Source: the human T2T-CHM13v2.0 reference genome, Homo sapiens
Length of the DNA: 64,000 nucleotides
Assembly (NCBI RefSeq): GCF_009914755.1
Contig: NC_060927.1
Direction: 5' to 3' (one strand)
In this document: piece after piece, positions 1-19,779 of the stretch
Position numbering within the stretch: position 1 is the first letter of the stretch
How the letters are laid out: every line of letters starts with the position of its first letter
Translations under genes and position numbers: made by a program
The notes under the pieces: model-generated
What the model saw: only the letters and a program-made list of their open reading frames with translations
Database searches by the model: none
Told to the model about the DNA's origin: nothing

Positions 1-549
1 ACTCCATCTCAATTATAAAACTGTGTTTATGGTTTATAATGTATAAAAAGTACCATTTGTATTATAATAATAGCACAAAGGAAAGGAGAGCAATTGGGAT
101 TATATTTGAGCAAAATTTTATATACTTTTGAGATTAAATTAGTATTATGCAAACTAGCTTTTATACATGAAGATGTTAACTGTAATTCTTAGAGCAACCA
201 CTATGAAAATAACTAAAAAATACAACATAAAAGAAACAATGGAATTAAAATAGTAAAGTAGAAAATATCTACTTAACATAAAAAAAATCAGTAAGGGAGG
301 AATAGACGGCAAAAAAGAATAGGAGACATATGGAAAGTAAATAGCAAAATGGTAGATATAAAGTCCTACCTTATCAGTAATTATACTAATTACTAAGTAT
401 AATTATCAGTAATTATACTAATTATAAATAAATTCAACACTTCAATCAAAAGGCAGATTCTGGCAGAATGAATTAAAAATATGTTTCAGCTTGAAAGCAA
501 AAGGATGCAAAAAGATACCAAGAAAAGGGTAACGAAAAGAGCCCCGGAG

Positions 550-4859
<4,310 letters not shown>

Positions 4860-5444
4860 AAAGAGCCCTGGAGTAGCTATAGTATCAGACAAAATACCAG
4901 TGACGATTTTAAGAAAACAATATTTTATAACAAAAACATTAGCAGAGACAAAGAAGGGTATTTTACAGTAATTAAATGGTAAATCTATCAAGAACAGAAA
5001 ATATTTTTAAACATATATGCATCTAACAACAGAGAGCCACAACACATGAAGCAAAAACTAACAGAAAGAAAGGAAGAAATAAACAATGCAACAATAATAG
5101 TTGGAGACTTCAATATTGTACTTTTGATAATGGATAAAACAACTAGGCAGAAGACTGAAAAGTAGATCGAAGACATGAACAACACTATAAACTAAGCTAA
5201 ACTAGAACTAACAGATATCTATAGAACACTTCACCCAAGAACAGCAGAGCACACATTCTTCTCAAGTGCATATGAAACATTTTCCAGAATTAACTGTGTG
5301 TTAGGCCATAAAGCGAACCTTAATATATTTAAAAGGGTTAGAATTATACAAAGTATATTCTCTAACCACAAGGAAATAAAATTAGAGTCAATAATAGAAG
5401 AAAATTTGAGAGTTTATAAATATGTAAAGATTAAACAACACACT

Positions 5445-5739
<295 letters not shown>

Positions 5740-5746
5740 CACACTG

Positions 5747-5841
5747 TTTTTTTAAAACTTTCATTTTAGGTTCAGGGTACCTGTGCAGGTTTGTTATATA
5801 GATAAACTTGTCTCACAGGGGTTTGTTGTACAGATCATTTC
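5747..5841 (-). mobile_element. Very short 5'-truncated older L1PA 3' end
   Basis: ttttaggttcagggtacctgtgcaggtttgttatatag matches an antisense L1PA 3' terminus. TSD aacaacacact at 5434-5444 / 5842-5852. Confidence 0.8.
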
Positions 5842-6150
5842 AACAACACACTAAAATAGCCAATGGGTCAAAGAATAAATCAAACGGAAATTAGTAAATA
5901 CTTTGATAAGAATGACAATGAAAAGACAACATACCAAAATTTATGGGATATAGCCAGATAGACCAAGAGGGGAAAAAAGGCCTCAAATTACTACATTAGA
6001 AATAAGTGAGAAGCCTTCACTACCACTGTCAAAGAAATAAAAGGAATTATAAAGGAATGCTATAAATAATTGTAGATCAAAACGTTAGATAACTTAGAGA
6101 AAAAGGATAGATTCCTAGAGAAACACACACTACTGAAATTGACTCAAGAA

Positions 6151-6499
<349 letters not shown>

Positions 6500-6566
6500 T
6501 TACTAATAAAAATCTTCCACAAAAAAAGTCTCAGGGAAGGCTGGGACAATATGGCAGAATAGAAGC

Positions 6567-6952
6567 TATATTAGTCTGTTCTCACACAGCTATAAAGAAC
6601 TACCTGAAACTGGGTAATTTATGAAAAAAAAAAAAAAAAAAGAAGTTTAACTGACTCACAGTTCCACAGGCTGTACAGGAAGCATGGTTGGGAGACCTCA
6701 GGAAACTTACAATCATGGCAGAAGGGCAAAGTGGAAGCAAGCATGTATTCACATGGCAGCAGGAGAGAGAGAGTGAAGGGGGAAGTGCTACACACTTGCA
6801 AACAACAAGATCTCATGAGACCTCTGTCACCAGAACTGCAAGGAGAAATTCCACTCTCATTATTCAATCACCTTCCATCAGGTCCTTTCCCCAACACTGG
6901 GAATTACAATTCAACCTGAGATTTGGGTGGAGACACAAAGCTATACCATTCA
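6567..6952 (-). mobile_element. MSTA (ERVL-MaLR) solo LTR inside the L1MA 5' end
   Basis: tattagtctgttctcacac..gctgtacaggaagcatgg..cctcaggaaacttacaatcatggcagaagg. Confidence 0.85.
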
Positions 6953-7638
6953 ACCCCCAACTGGAACACCAAATTTTAACAACTATTTGCACACAGAAAA
7001 GCACACATCACAAGAACCAAAAATCAGGTGAGCAATCATAGTGCCTGGTTTTAACTTCATATCATAGAAGCATTGAGGAGGGCAGAAGAAAGAGTCTTGA
7101 ATTGCTAATGCCACCCCACCCTCACACCCAGGCAGCTGCTGTCTGGCACAGAGAGAGAATCAGTGCACTTTGGGGAGGGAGAGTGCAGCAGCTGGGGAAC
7201 TTTACATTGAACTCAGTGCTGCTCTGTCACAGCGGAGAACAAAGCTGTGCTGGGCTTAGGTAGCACCTATGCATGAAGGGAACATTTGGACCAGTCCTAG
7301 CCAGAGGGGAATTGCCCATCCCAGTGGTCGGAACTTAAGTTTCTTGGCAAGCCTTGTCACCGAGGGCAAAAGTGCTATGGGGTCCTAGGTAAATTTGAAA
7401 GGCAGTCTAGGACACAAGGATTGCAATTCCTATGCAACTCTTAGGCAGCTTCTGGGAGCTCTCTGGCTCCCAGACAGCATTTCTTGATACACCCAGGGCC
7501 TGGGGGATCTCCTTACCCTGAAGGGAAGGATCTTGGGCAAGGCCCAGTCCTGTGCTGGATTCAGGTCTGACACAGTGCACCCAGTGGTGATGGCCACAGA
7601 AGTGCTTGTATCACCATTGCTCAGTTTCAGGTGGCTCA

Positions 7639-8257
<619 letters not shown>

Positions 8258-9150
8258 TCAGCCACGGTAGGATAGGGCACCAGCCAGAGTCATGAGGTCC
8301 CTGTTCCAGGCCCTAACTCCCGGGTGACACTTCTAGACACACACCTTGAGCCAACCTGCTGCCTTGAGGGAAGGACCCAGTCCCAGCAGGATTCATCATC
8401 GACTGACTAAAGAGCCCTTGGGCCCTGAATAACCACCAGTGATATCCAGGGAATACGCAATGGTCCTTGGGCTCTGAGATGAGCTGGCTTCAGGGGTAAC
8501 CCAGCACATTCCCAGCTGGGGTGGCTACAGTGAAAGACTCCTGTTTGAGAAAAGCAGAGGCAAAGGAAGGTGAAATTTGTCTTGTACCCTAGGTACCAGC
8601 TTGGCCACAGTGAGGTAGAGCAACAAGCAGGCTCTTGGGGTCCCTGAGGCTAGGTCTAGGCTCTAGACAGCATTTCTAGACCTGCCCTGGGCCAGAGAGG
8701 AGCCCACTGCCCTGGAGGGCGAGTCCCAAGCCTGGCAGCGTTCAATGCAAGCTGATGAAAGAATCCTTATGCTCTAAGTGAATATTGGCAGTGGCCTGGC
8801 AGAAGCCCATATGGACAGGCGGCGGTGGTGGCCATAGGGAGAGGTTCCTCTGCCCGTGGAAAGGGGAGGGAAGAGTGAAAACATTTTGTGTTGTGGTTTG
8901 AGTGCCAGCTTAGCTGCAGTACAACAGAATAGCATGTAACTTGCTAAGGTTTTTGACTCCAATCTCTGGCTCTGAGACAGCATTTCTGGATACACCCAGG
9001 GCCTGGGGGAATTCATCACCCTGAAGGGAAGGATCTTGGGCAAGGCCCAGTGCTATGCTGGATTCAGGTCTGACACTGACACAGTGCACCCAGTGGTGGT
9101 GACCACAGAGGTGCTTGCATCACCACACCCCCAGTTTCAGATGGCTAAGC

Positions 9151-9197
9151 ACAGAGACAGAGACAGAGAGAGAGAGAGAGAGAGAGAGGCAGAGAGA
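9151..9197 (+). repeat. (GA)n microsatellite
   Basis: Directly visible acagagacagagacagagagagag run. Confidence 0.9.
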
Positions 9198-12100
9198 AAC
9201 TGACTCCATTTGTTTGTTTGGGAAAAAGTAAAGAAAATGAACAAGAGTCTCTGCCTGGTAATCCAGAGAGATTTTCTTGATCTAATCTGAGACCACCAGA
9301 GTAATACCTCTCAAGTCTGCAAAAACCACAGTGTTATTGGGCTTAGGGCCCACGTCCCTTTGAATACCTAAAAAGCCTTCCCAAGAAGGACAGGCACAAA
9401 CACGCCCAGACTGTGAAGACTACAACAAATACCTAACTCTGCAATGCCCAGACACTAACAGAACATCTGCAAGCATCACCACCATGCAGGAAAACGCAAC
9501 CTCACCAAATAAAAGGCACCAGGGACCAATCCTGGAGAAACGGGGACATGACACTTCAGACAAAAAAATTCAAAACAGCTGTTTTGAGAAAACTCAAAGA
9601 AATTAAAGACAACACAGAGAAAGAATTCAGAGTGCTATCAGATAAATTTAACAAAGAGATTACGGTAATTTAAAAAATCAAGTAGAAATTCTAGAGTTGA
9701 AAAATGCAATTGTCATGCTGAAGAATGCACCGAATCTCTTAGTAACAGAAATGACCAAGCAGAAGAAAGAATTTGTGAGCTTGAAGACAGCCTACTTGAA
9801 AATACACAGTCAGAAGAGTTAAAAGAAAAAAGAATACAAAAGAATGAAGCAAGCCTACAAGATCTGGGAAACAGCCTCAAAAGGGGGCAAATTTAACAGT
9901 TACTGACCTCAAAGAAGAGGTGGAGAAAGAGATGGCATAGAAACTTGATTCAAAGGGATAAAATCAGAGAAATTCCCAAACCTAGAGAAAGTTATCAACA
10001 TTGAAGTACAAGAGGGTTATAGAACACCAAGCTGATTTAACCCAAAGACTACCTATAGGCATTTAATAATCAAACTACCAAAGGTTAAGGCTAAAGGATT
10101 CTAAATGCAGCAAGAGAAAAGAAACAAATAACATATAATGGAGCTCCAATACATTTGGCAGTAGGTTTTTCAGGGGAAACCTCACAGGCCAGGAGAGAGT
10201 AGCATGACATATTTAAAGAGCTGAAGGAAAAAAACTTTTACCCTAGGATAGTATCCTTTAAGCATGAAGGAGAAATAAAGACTTTCCAGAGAAACAAAAT
10301 CTGAGGGATTTTATCAACACCAGACCTGTCCTACAGGAAATGCTGAAGGGAGTTCTTCAATCTGAAAGAAAAGGACATTAATGAGCAAGGAGAAATCATC
10401 TGAAGGTACAAAACTCATTGGTAATAGTAAGCACACAGAAAAACAGAATATTATAACACTGTAATTGTGGTGTGTAAACTTTTCTTAAGTAGAAAGATTA
10501 AATGGTGAACCAATCAAAAATAACTACGGCAATTTTTCAAGGCATAGACAGTACAATAAGACATAGAGAAACAACAAAATGTTAAAAAGCAGGGGACAAT
10601 GAAGTTAAACTAACGGTTTTCTTTTTGCCTGTTTATTTATTTATGCAATCAGTGCTAAGTTGTAATCAGTTTAAAATAATGGGTTATAAGATAGTATTTG
10701 CCTGGCTCATGGTAACCTCAAATCAAAAAACATAAAATGGATATACAAAAAATGAAAAGCAAGAAATTAAAGCATACCACTAGAGAAAATCGCCTTCACT
10801 AAAAGGAAGACAGGAAGGGAGGAAAGAAGGAAAGAAGAAAGAGAAGACCGCAAAACAACCAGAAAACAAATAACAAAATGGCAGGGGTAAGTTTATACTT
10901 AAAAATAATAACATTGAATGTAAAAGGAATAAACTCTCCAATCAAAAGACATAGACTGGATGAATGGATGAAGAAACAAGACCCAATGATCCACTGCCTA
11001 CAAGAAACACATGTCACCTATTAAAGACACACATAGACTAAAAATAAAGGAATGGAAAAAGATATTTCATGCCAATGGAAACTAAAAAGAGCAGGAGTAG
11101 CTATACTTATATAAGACAAAATAGATTTCAAGACAAAAACCGTAAGAAGAGACAAAGAAGGTCTTTATATAATAATGAAGGAGTCAATTCAACAAAAGGA
11201 TATAACAATGGTAAATATATATGCTTCCAACACTAGAGCAGCCAGATATATAAAGCAAATATTATTAGAACTAAAGAGAGAGATAGACCCCAATACAATA
11301 ATAAGTGGAGACTTTAACACCCCACTTCAAGCATTGGACAGATCTCGCAGCCAGATAACCAACAAAGAAACATTGAACCTAGTCTGTACTATAGAATAAA
11401 TGGAATTAATAGCTTTTTACATACATTGGGGAAGAGCCAGTGTCTTCAGTAAGTGATGCTGAGAAAATTGGATATCCATATGCAGAAGAATGAAATGTGA
11501 TCCTTATCTCTTGCCTTATACAAAAGTCAAATCATAACGGATTAAAGAGTCAAATCTATGAACTCCAGCTATTGAAACTGCTACAAGAAAACATTGGGAA
11601 AACTCTCCAGGACATTTGTCTGGGCAAAAATTTCTTGAGTAATATCCCACAAGCCCAGGCAACCCAAGCAGAAATGGACAAACGGGATCAAATTAAATTG
11701 ACAATCTTCTTCACAGTAAAGCAAACAATCAACAAAGTGAAGAGACAAGCCATAGAATGAGATAAAATATTTGCAAACTGTTTATCCAACAAGGAATTAA
11801 TAACTAGAATATATTAGGAGCTCAAACAACTATGTAGGAAAAAATTTAATAATCTGATTAAAAATGGGCAAAATATTTAAATAGGTATTTCTCAAAAGAA
11901 GACATACAAATGGCAAACAGGCATATGAAAAAGTGCTCAATGTCACTGATCATCAGATAAGTGCAAATCAAAGCTACAATGGGACATCATCCCATCCCAG
12001 TGAAAATGGCTTTTGTCTAAAAGTCAGGCAATAACAATGCTGGCAAGGATGTGGAGAAAAGGGAACTTTTGTACACTATTGGTGGGAATGTAAATTAGTG

Positions 12101-15100
12101 AAACCGCAATGGAGAACTGTTTGAAGGTTCCTCAAGAAACTAAAAATAAAGCTACCATACAATCCAGCAATCCCACTGTTGGGTATATACCCAAAATAAA
12201 GGAAATCAGTATATAAAAGAAATATCTGCACTCCTATGTCTGTTGCAGCAGCATTCACAATAGCCAAGATGTGCAAGCAACCTAAGGTCCATCCACAGGT
12301 GAATGGACAAAGAAAATGTGGCATATATATACAATGAAGTATTCAGCATGAAAAATAATGAGATTCTATCATTTGCAAGAACACGAATGGAAGTGGAGTT
12401 CATTATGTTAAGTGAAATAAGCCAAGTACAGAAAGACAAACATCACATGTTCTTATTTATAGAATCTAAAAATCAAAACAATTGAACTCATGGAGATATG
12501 GAATAGAAGGATGGTTACCAGAGCCTGGGAAAGATAGTGGGGGGCTGGGGAGTGCAGTGGGGATGGTTAATGGGTACAAAAATATTATTGGAAAGAATAA
12601 GACCTAGCCTTTGATTACCCAACAGGGGGACTATAGTCGATAATAATTTAGTTGTACATTTTAAAACAACTAAAAGAGTAAAACTGGACTGTTTGTAACA
12701 CAAAGGATAAATATCTGAGGGAAGGGATACCCAAGTTTCCATGATGTGATTATTATGCATTGCATACCTGTACCAAAATACGTACTTCATGTCTGTACCA
12801 AAATATATACACCTACTACATAGCCACAAAAATTAAAAATAAAATTATTTTTAAAAAGCCCAGACTCATATAGCTTCAGTGGTGAACTCTATCAAATGTT
12901 AAGGAATAATTATTACCAAGTATTCATAAGCTATTCCAAAAAAGTAGAAGAGGAGGGAACACTTCCCAACTCATTCTATGTGGTCAGTATTATCCTTATA
13001 CCAAAATCAGATAAAGATATGACAAGAAAACTACAGAACATTATCTCTTATGATTATACCTGCAAAAATAATCAACAAAATACTAGCAAACTAAATCCAG
13101 AAACATAAAGGGATTATAAGCCACAACAAAGTATGATTTGTCTCAGGTATAGAAGGTTAATTTAACATAGAAAAATCAAAACACGCTGCATTAATAGAAG
13201 AAGGACACAACCTACATAATCGTCTTAAGGGATGAAAAAAAAAATCACTTGACAAAACCTGACACCCTTTCATGATAAAACATTTGATAAGCTAGAAACA
13301 GAGGGACTTTCCCCAACCTCCTCAATGCTATCTATAAAAAACCCACACCTGACATTATACTTAATGGTAAAAGACAGAATGAGTTCCTCTAAGATTAGGA
13401 ACAAGATAAGGGTGTCTGCTCTTGATGGCTTTATTCAGCATTGTATTGGAGGTTCCAGTAGGGGCAATTAGGCAACAAGAAGATATAAAAGACATCTAAA
13501 CTGGAAAGAAAAAATAAAAGATATCTACATTTGGAGATCACATGATCTTACATATAGAAAACCACAAGGAATTCACTAAAAATTATTAGATCTAGTGAGG
13601 TCAGGAAGATTGAAGGATACAAGGTCAATAAAAAAATCAATTGTATTTTTATACACTAGCAATGAATAATTTTAAAATAAAGTTAAGAAAACAATTACCT
13701 TTACAATAGTATCAAAAAGAACAAAATACTTCAGAATAAATGTAATGAAAGAAATGTAAAACCTATCACCGAAAACTGTGAAACATTTTTGAAAGCAATT
13801 AAGACGTAAATTAATGAGATGACATCCCATTAAGTCACAAGTAGACTTAATATTAAGATGGCAATATTTGCCAAATTGATATACAAATTCAACCTAAGCA
13901 ATATCAAAATTCCAGCTGCTATTTATGTAGAAATGGACATGGTGATCCTAAAATTTATATGAAAATGTAAGGGACCCAAAATAGTCAAAACAATTTTAAA
14001 AATAACACTGTTTTTGAGGTGATGAAAATGTTCTAAAATTAGATAGTGGTGAAAGTTGCATAACTCCATGACCATGTTAAAAATCACCAAATTGTACACT
14101 CCTATAAGGGTGAACTCTTTGGTATGTGAATTTATCTCAATGATTTTTTTAAAAAGTCCCCAAAACCTGTGGCAGACATGTCAGGGCAAATGTATTGATG
14201 GGCATGCAGTTTATTTTAGTTTCTTCCTATTTCTTTCACATTGGACGTTGGAGTATTTGTGCTATGTTTAGAATCATTGATCCAGAGTTATTTTCTAGAA
14301 TAGTCCATGTCTGAGTTCAGAATTATTAGTTACTGCAGAAATTGGTGTTTCTAAGAATTTTTTAGTTTGGCCATAAAGAGCAACACTTACCAGTTGTGAT
14401 CAATTCTTGTTCTGTAAATGTTCTTCAATGAAACAATAATTCTTAGGATCTTTTTTAAGACATATAAGAGCTCTATTTTGCATAGTCTTCAACATATAAT
14501 AAAAGTGCCTAGATGGAAAGAATTGTTAAAAACAGACCAGATATTACAGTTTTTCACTCTCTTGGTTAAAATCAAGGAAACACAATCAAGTAGTTTTCCT
14601 ATTCTTCTATGCCAGATGTTGGTCTTTGTAAGATCAGCTCATCTGGACTCCTAAATTATGGATTTCTGAGTTTCACAAACACTAGGTTAACAAGCTTCCA
14701 AGGATAAGTAATGAAATAAATACTTCATGGAGAGCTGCAGGCCTAGATCTCCAAATCTAATTTCAGATTCCATCTCCCTGCTTTCTTCCTTTTTGACTTC
14801 TTGAATTTAGTAGACAAAGATAAGGAAAAAAAGCCTAAGGCGATTTGAAGAAACCAGTTATCACATACTGAAAGATTCTTTTAAGGCATCTTATGTCTTC
14901 TGGAGAGAATATTAAAGGAAACGGGCTTTGCATATGAAAGTTTGTGGCAGAGATAAACCAGTAATTAGGAGCTAGTTATTTTAGCTCCTCTCCTGGAAAA
15001 TTAGCCCCAGTATTAGAGTCTCTTTATAGGGAAAAGTCACTTCATGACACATAAAACTGTGACAGGCAGAGCCATCTATATCAGTTGAGGTTAGTGCTGT

Positions 15101-16269
15101 GGTACATACAGCAGAGAAGAGGACCTATAAGCAATGTCAATGGAAAGAAGATGCCCTTGTGTTAAGATTGACAGAAAACAGACATATAAATGCAGATATT
15201 TAAAGGCATGGCCCAGAAGATGGTGGAGCTAAAGATGAAGGAAGTTGTACAGAGAACTTACATGGAATTATCCATAAAATTAAAAAACAATTTAGCTGCC
15301 TTTTACTGAACACTTCCTAAGTCCTCATTCTTCATATATGTTGTCTTAAGGGTAGATGCAATTATTTCTATTTTAAAGAGATAGAGACTAAAGTTAAGGG
15401 AGATTTATTAACTAACCCAAGGTACCCAAGTTGGTAAGATTTATCTGGGGTTTGCACCAAGGTGTGAGATTCAAAAGCCTATCCACTTGACTATAATCTT
15501 GTATTCCCGCCCTAAATAAAAAATGGATCTCACCTAGTGAAGGCCTCTATTAGAAAGACAAAGGCAGAACATTCTTTGTTTGCTTCCCATTCCCAAACAA
15601 CTATCAATAGTGTCCTATTTCTTTCATTCTGCAAATATCTGTTAAATGCCTATTTGTGCTATGTGCTTGAAACAGTCTTTAAAAGGCTATACTTGGATTG
15701 AATGGAAAAACACTAGGGTGAGAAATCCAAAGGAGAATTGCACTGTATCATTTTAACTATTCTGATTCAGCACTTTAGCTGGGCTTCATGCTAAAGATCT
15801 CTTTACAAACAGGTTTATTAATTACCAGCTATCAGCTTACATATCAGCTTATTATCAGCTATCAGCTTACTCTAAAAGAGAGGAAAAATAATTATATTTC
15901 TGTACTTATAATGATTTCCCATATAAACATCCTTACATTCACTTGGATTGTTATATAATAAACAAATCTTTCTTAGCTAACACTTCAAAGACAGTTATTG
16001 GTCTTCTAATTACATTTTAAAGAATGAAACTGAAAAAGGATTGATAGCTTTGTAACCAGTTCTCCTGTAACAACTACGGAAGGCAAATTAGATGGTTTGA
16101 TGTTTATGTTACCATGTTGCTTTTTTCCATCATCCCAATCTCTAATACATATAAGATGAAAAATTATTGATCCAAACCCAGGCCTGAAAAGATAGAAAAT
16201 AATATGTGCTGAAACATGGGACAAAAATACTTTGTTTGTCCTCCTTAAAACCCTCTGCAGCTTGAAAAA

Positions 16270-16480
16270 CCTCCCACGTGCACAGCAGAAGAAATCCAGC
16301 TTTTATCTGACAGGCTGTTTAAAGAAGTTTGACATCTGGCTTCTTTACATTGCTGGAACTTAACTATTCAAGTAGTCAGTGTCCAGCACACCTTTTTTTC
16401 ATGCAAATTTCCGTGTCGAAACTACAAACGGATATTTGATCAAAGGTCAGCTCTCCTTTGTCTTCTTGTTCGATAAAGAA
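16270..16480. promoter_or_regulatory. Candidate enhancer (TF motif cluster in unique DNA)
   Basis: CACGTG, TTATCT/TGACAG, ATGCAAAT, TGATCAAAGGTCA, CCTTTGT and GATAA occur within about 210 bp, with several retained CpGs. Confidence 0.35.
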
Positions 16481-17319
16481 ATTTCTATTTCATCTTTGGC
16501 TTTCAGGCTAGTTTGGAAAAGTGTTGTCTGACAGAAATTACTGATGCATTTCTTCCTTGTCCTCTAAAGTTTTTCCACCTTCTTCCTTTTTCTTCTTTTA
16601 AATCTTCAGGGGCTTTAAATTAGAATGTTTTCACTTTTTAATGGAATATTTAAATTATCTGAGGAAGAAACTTGAACTTTGTCTGCTTGTTAACTGAGGC
16701 TGAACTGCTGGTAGATAGATAATATCCCAGCAACTGATACAATATCATCAACCTTTTTTTTATCAGCAGTTTTATCTCATGCTTAACTTGTGAAACTTGT
16801 GTACAGATATGGCTACAAAGGAAGGTTGTCATCAAGGACCAAATAAGGACATTTTTCTCTCCTGATGCTCCTTTTTCTTTCTGAAAAGAATAAGGACAGG
16901 AGCAACAAAGAAATTCCTAAATTAGTTTGTATAAATATACGATTATTCCACAGTTAGTTGACTCCCATTGAAAATCCAAGTTGAATTTAAGAAAAGTCAA
17001 TTGTTGACTGAGTATATTTTCAGGTATGAAATGCTATAAAATGGGTAAAGCTCCATCTGAATTTTCATCAGAACTGTCTTAGCTAGTTGTAGATTGTATA
17101 GAGCCTTGAAAAATTCAGTAAGATGTTAAAGCTCAGCTATTGGAAAATATATTGCAAATGGAACACTGTAATAATTGTGTTTAAAGAGACAGTACTCCTG
17201 ATTATAACACCAAACTTCCACTAGACAAAGAAGAAATTGTCAAGTGAAGATCTGCTGAACTATAGAACTAGACTACTTCACTGCTTAATAAAAGGGACAC
17301 TGACCACTAGAAGAAAGAC

Positions 17320-17470
17320 ACTTTGAAAGCAGACAGACTGGGTTTGAACCCTAGCCCTCCCACTTCCTAGGTATTTGACCTCGTATAAGTTTTCTGAGAC
17401 CCAACTTATGTATCTATAAAATGAGGATAATTAAAATTCCTTACTTAGGCATACTCAATAGATGCTACTT
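17320..17470 (+). mobile_element. MIR SINE
   Basis: agacagactgggtttgaaccctagc..tctataaaatgaggataat core. Confidence 0.7.
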
Positions 17471-19409
17471 TTTCTTTTTTCTTTTATGTATAATAGGTAC
17501 TCATATATAGTAAATACATATAATAAATAAATTAAACGTAGAAATAATACTACAAGAAAGGCAGGTAATATCTTTTTCTTTTTCGCCCACGAATAGCCCC
17601 ACAGCTAGGAAGTGAGTGAAGGATCTGTACGCAGACCTTCTCTCTCCCCAAGTTCTGAGCTCTTTCCTCTATTTTCTTAATGGAAAATCTAACAAAAGGA
17701 CAGAAAATGTAACAGAATTCATATGTAATGAAGAATCTGAAACTCTTCTCCAACAAAATATCTCCTTCCACTTATCCCACCTCCATCCTAAAAGTTTTAC
17801 CAATTTAGTTAGCATTTTAGGAAGCAAGCTGTTACTAGTCTGGTCTGATCTAGAAAGTCAGATTCTTGCACACCAGTGAGAATATTTGCTTCCCTTTAAG
17901 TAAACTGGAATGGCTCTTTGGATGTTCTCTTTGCTTAACTCATGCTTATACTTTATCCTCAGGATTGGAAAACACTCTGCTTACCATCTAAATGTACCAC
18001 CAGCTACATTTTAAAATAGATCTATGATGTCCTCTTAGTGGGCACGTCCAGGGAGAATCTACATGTCCATGATATCCCTGAGCCATGTGGTTCATCCCAG
18101 GTCAGGGTGTCATGCAAAGACATAACAGACTCATGACCCAAGGAAATACAGTGAACTCAAACCCCTTGTTCATATATGTGAAAGCTCAGGAATATAGGAG
18201 AGGCTCAGTAATACTACACAGCCTCCCTTCAATTCCTTGTCCCTTCTGCTTACCTTGCCCCATCCTCCCCCTGCAGTCCCTTGTCCTCCCTCCTCCCCTA
18301 GAATATCAGGCTTTTCCCTCCCCAAATGTCCCCTCTATCCCTTTCTCTGGCCCTTTATGATGTAGATTTACAAGGCATTCTTTCCCTATTTAGAGAGGCT
18401 TTCTCCCTGGAGTGGGTAAGAAGAGAAAAAAAAACCCCTATAATTCTGGGATTCTCTTCTGTGAGGTGAAGAGAAGAGGGGGCTGGGCAAAAGCTAAATT
18501 CCCAATCAATCACACAAGATTGACATGAGCCTCTCTGCACTGTTGTATGCCCTTGTTTTGTGGGCAAAAGGGAAAATTGTTATACAGGGAAGTAGTTTAG
18601 GATAGAGAGGTACCTCTGAGCAATCACGAGTTAATAAGGTCACAGGTGGGGAGAATTAGGCAATTCACCTGTGGTCTGATGTTTAGGGAGAAATTAATCA
18701 AGTTCCTGAAGTAATAGGGTCAGCAGAAACATATAGTTAATGGTCTTGCCCAGCTGGTCATCTTTCTTTTCTTGATGCCCCTCCCCTAGTGAACCAAGGT
18801 TCATTTTGAATCCAAATTTTTCAAACCTCAAAGCCATCTTCCCCAACATGTGGTTTCACAACAGTCAACATCTACTGTCAGGGAAAGAACAGCATTCTGG
18901 TGGTGAAACAAAACAGCACTTCAACTCCTTTTTTAAAAATTAATAATAATAATAATTTAGGACAATAAGCTTATGTCGGGAGGTAGTGTGGTCATCAAAA
19001 TAGCCTAAGACATCTGGATGTGGTCCCCTAATTAATGCCATCAATGTCACTGGTAGGCATTCAAATGATCTGGTGCTACTTTCAGGGTGTTCATGATCTT
19101 TCTTCCCTTTTTTAAAAAAAAATCAGAAGAGTCTGGTTGCACCTGCAGTTGCTTGCATGCTTTCTAGCTAATGGCTTTCAGTGACCCTGTGCCTGATAGG
19201 CAATGGTCTGAAAGGGAACACCTCTTGGAACCCCAAATCCTGCATCCCACAAGTACATGCAAGTGAAAATCAAGCATCACTTTTTGAACAATAGCTGACT
19301 GTGAATTTGATAAATAGCAGGGTGTTATCCACTGCTTCCTGCACTGCATATGTGTTGTATTTGGTTGTCAGATAAGCTAAATACCTCTAATAGGATCTCC
19401 TCCCGCTTT

Positions 19410-19640
19410 TAGTAACAGCTTTATTGAGGTGTAATTCACATACTATGCAATTCATCTGTTTGAAGTGTACAGTTCAGTGGTGTTTAGCATATACATACAG
19501 TTACAGGTGTGCAACTAACACCATAATCAATTTTGGAATACTTTCATAACCCCAAAATGAAACCCTATACCCATTAGCAGTCACTTTCCATTTTCCCCTC
19601 ACTCCTTAAGCCCTAGGCAACCTCTAATTTACTTTCTGTC
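19410..19640 (-). mobile_element. L1MB 3' end fragment
   Basis: cagctttattgaggtgtaattcaca..aagtgtacagttcagtgg..ccctaggcaacc. Confidence 0.75.
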
Positions 19641-19779
19641 ACTACATGATACGATTCTTTTAACTTCTGTTTTTAATGAAAGAAAATCTGTATCTCACGG
19701 TGGGGGTCTACAGTGTTAGTGCTGGGGTCAAGCACATAGAGTCAGAGTTAAAGAGGGTTTTAGTGAGCTCAGTAAGCGC

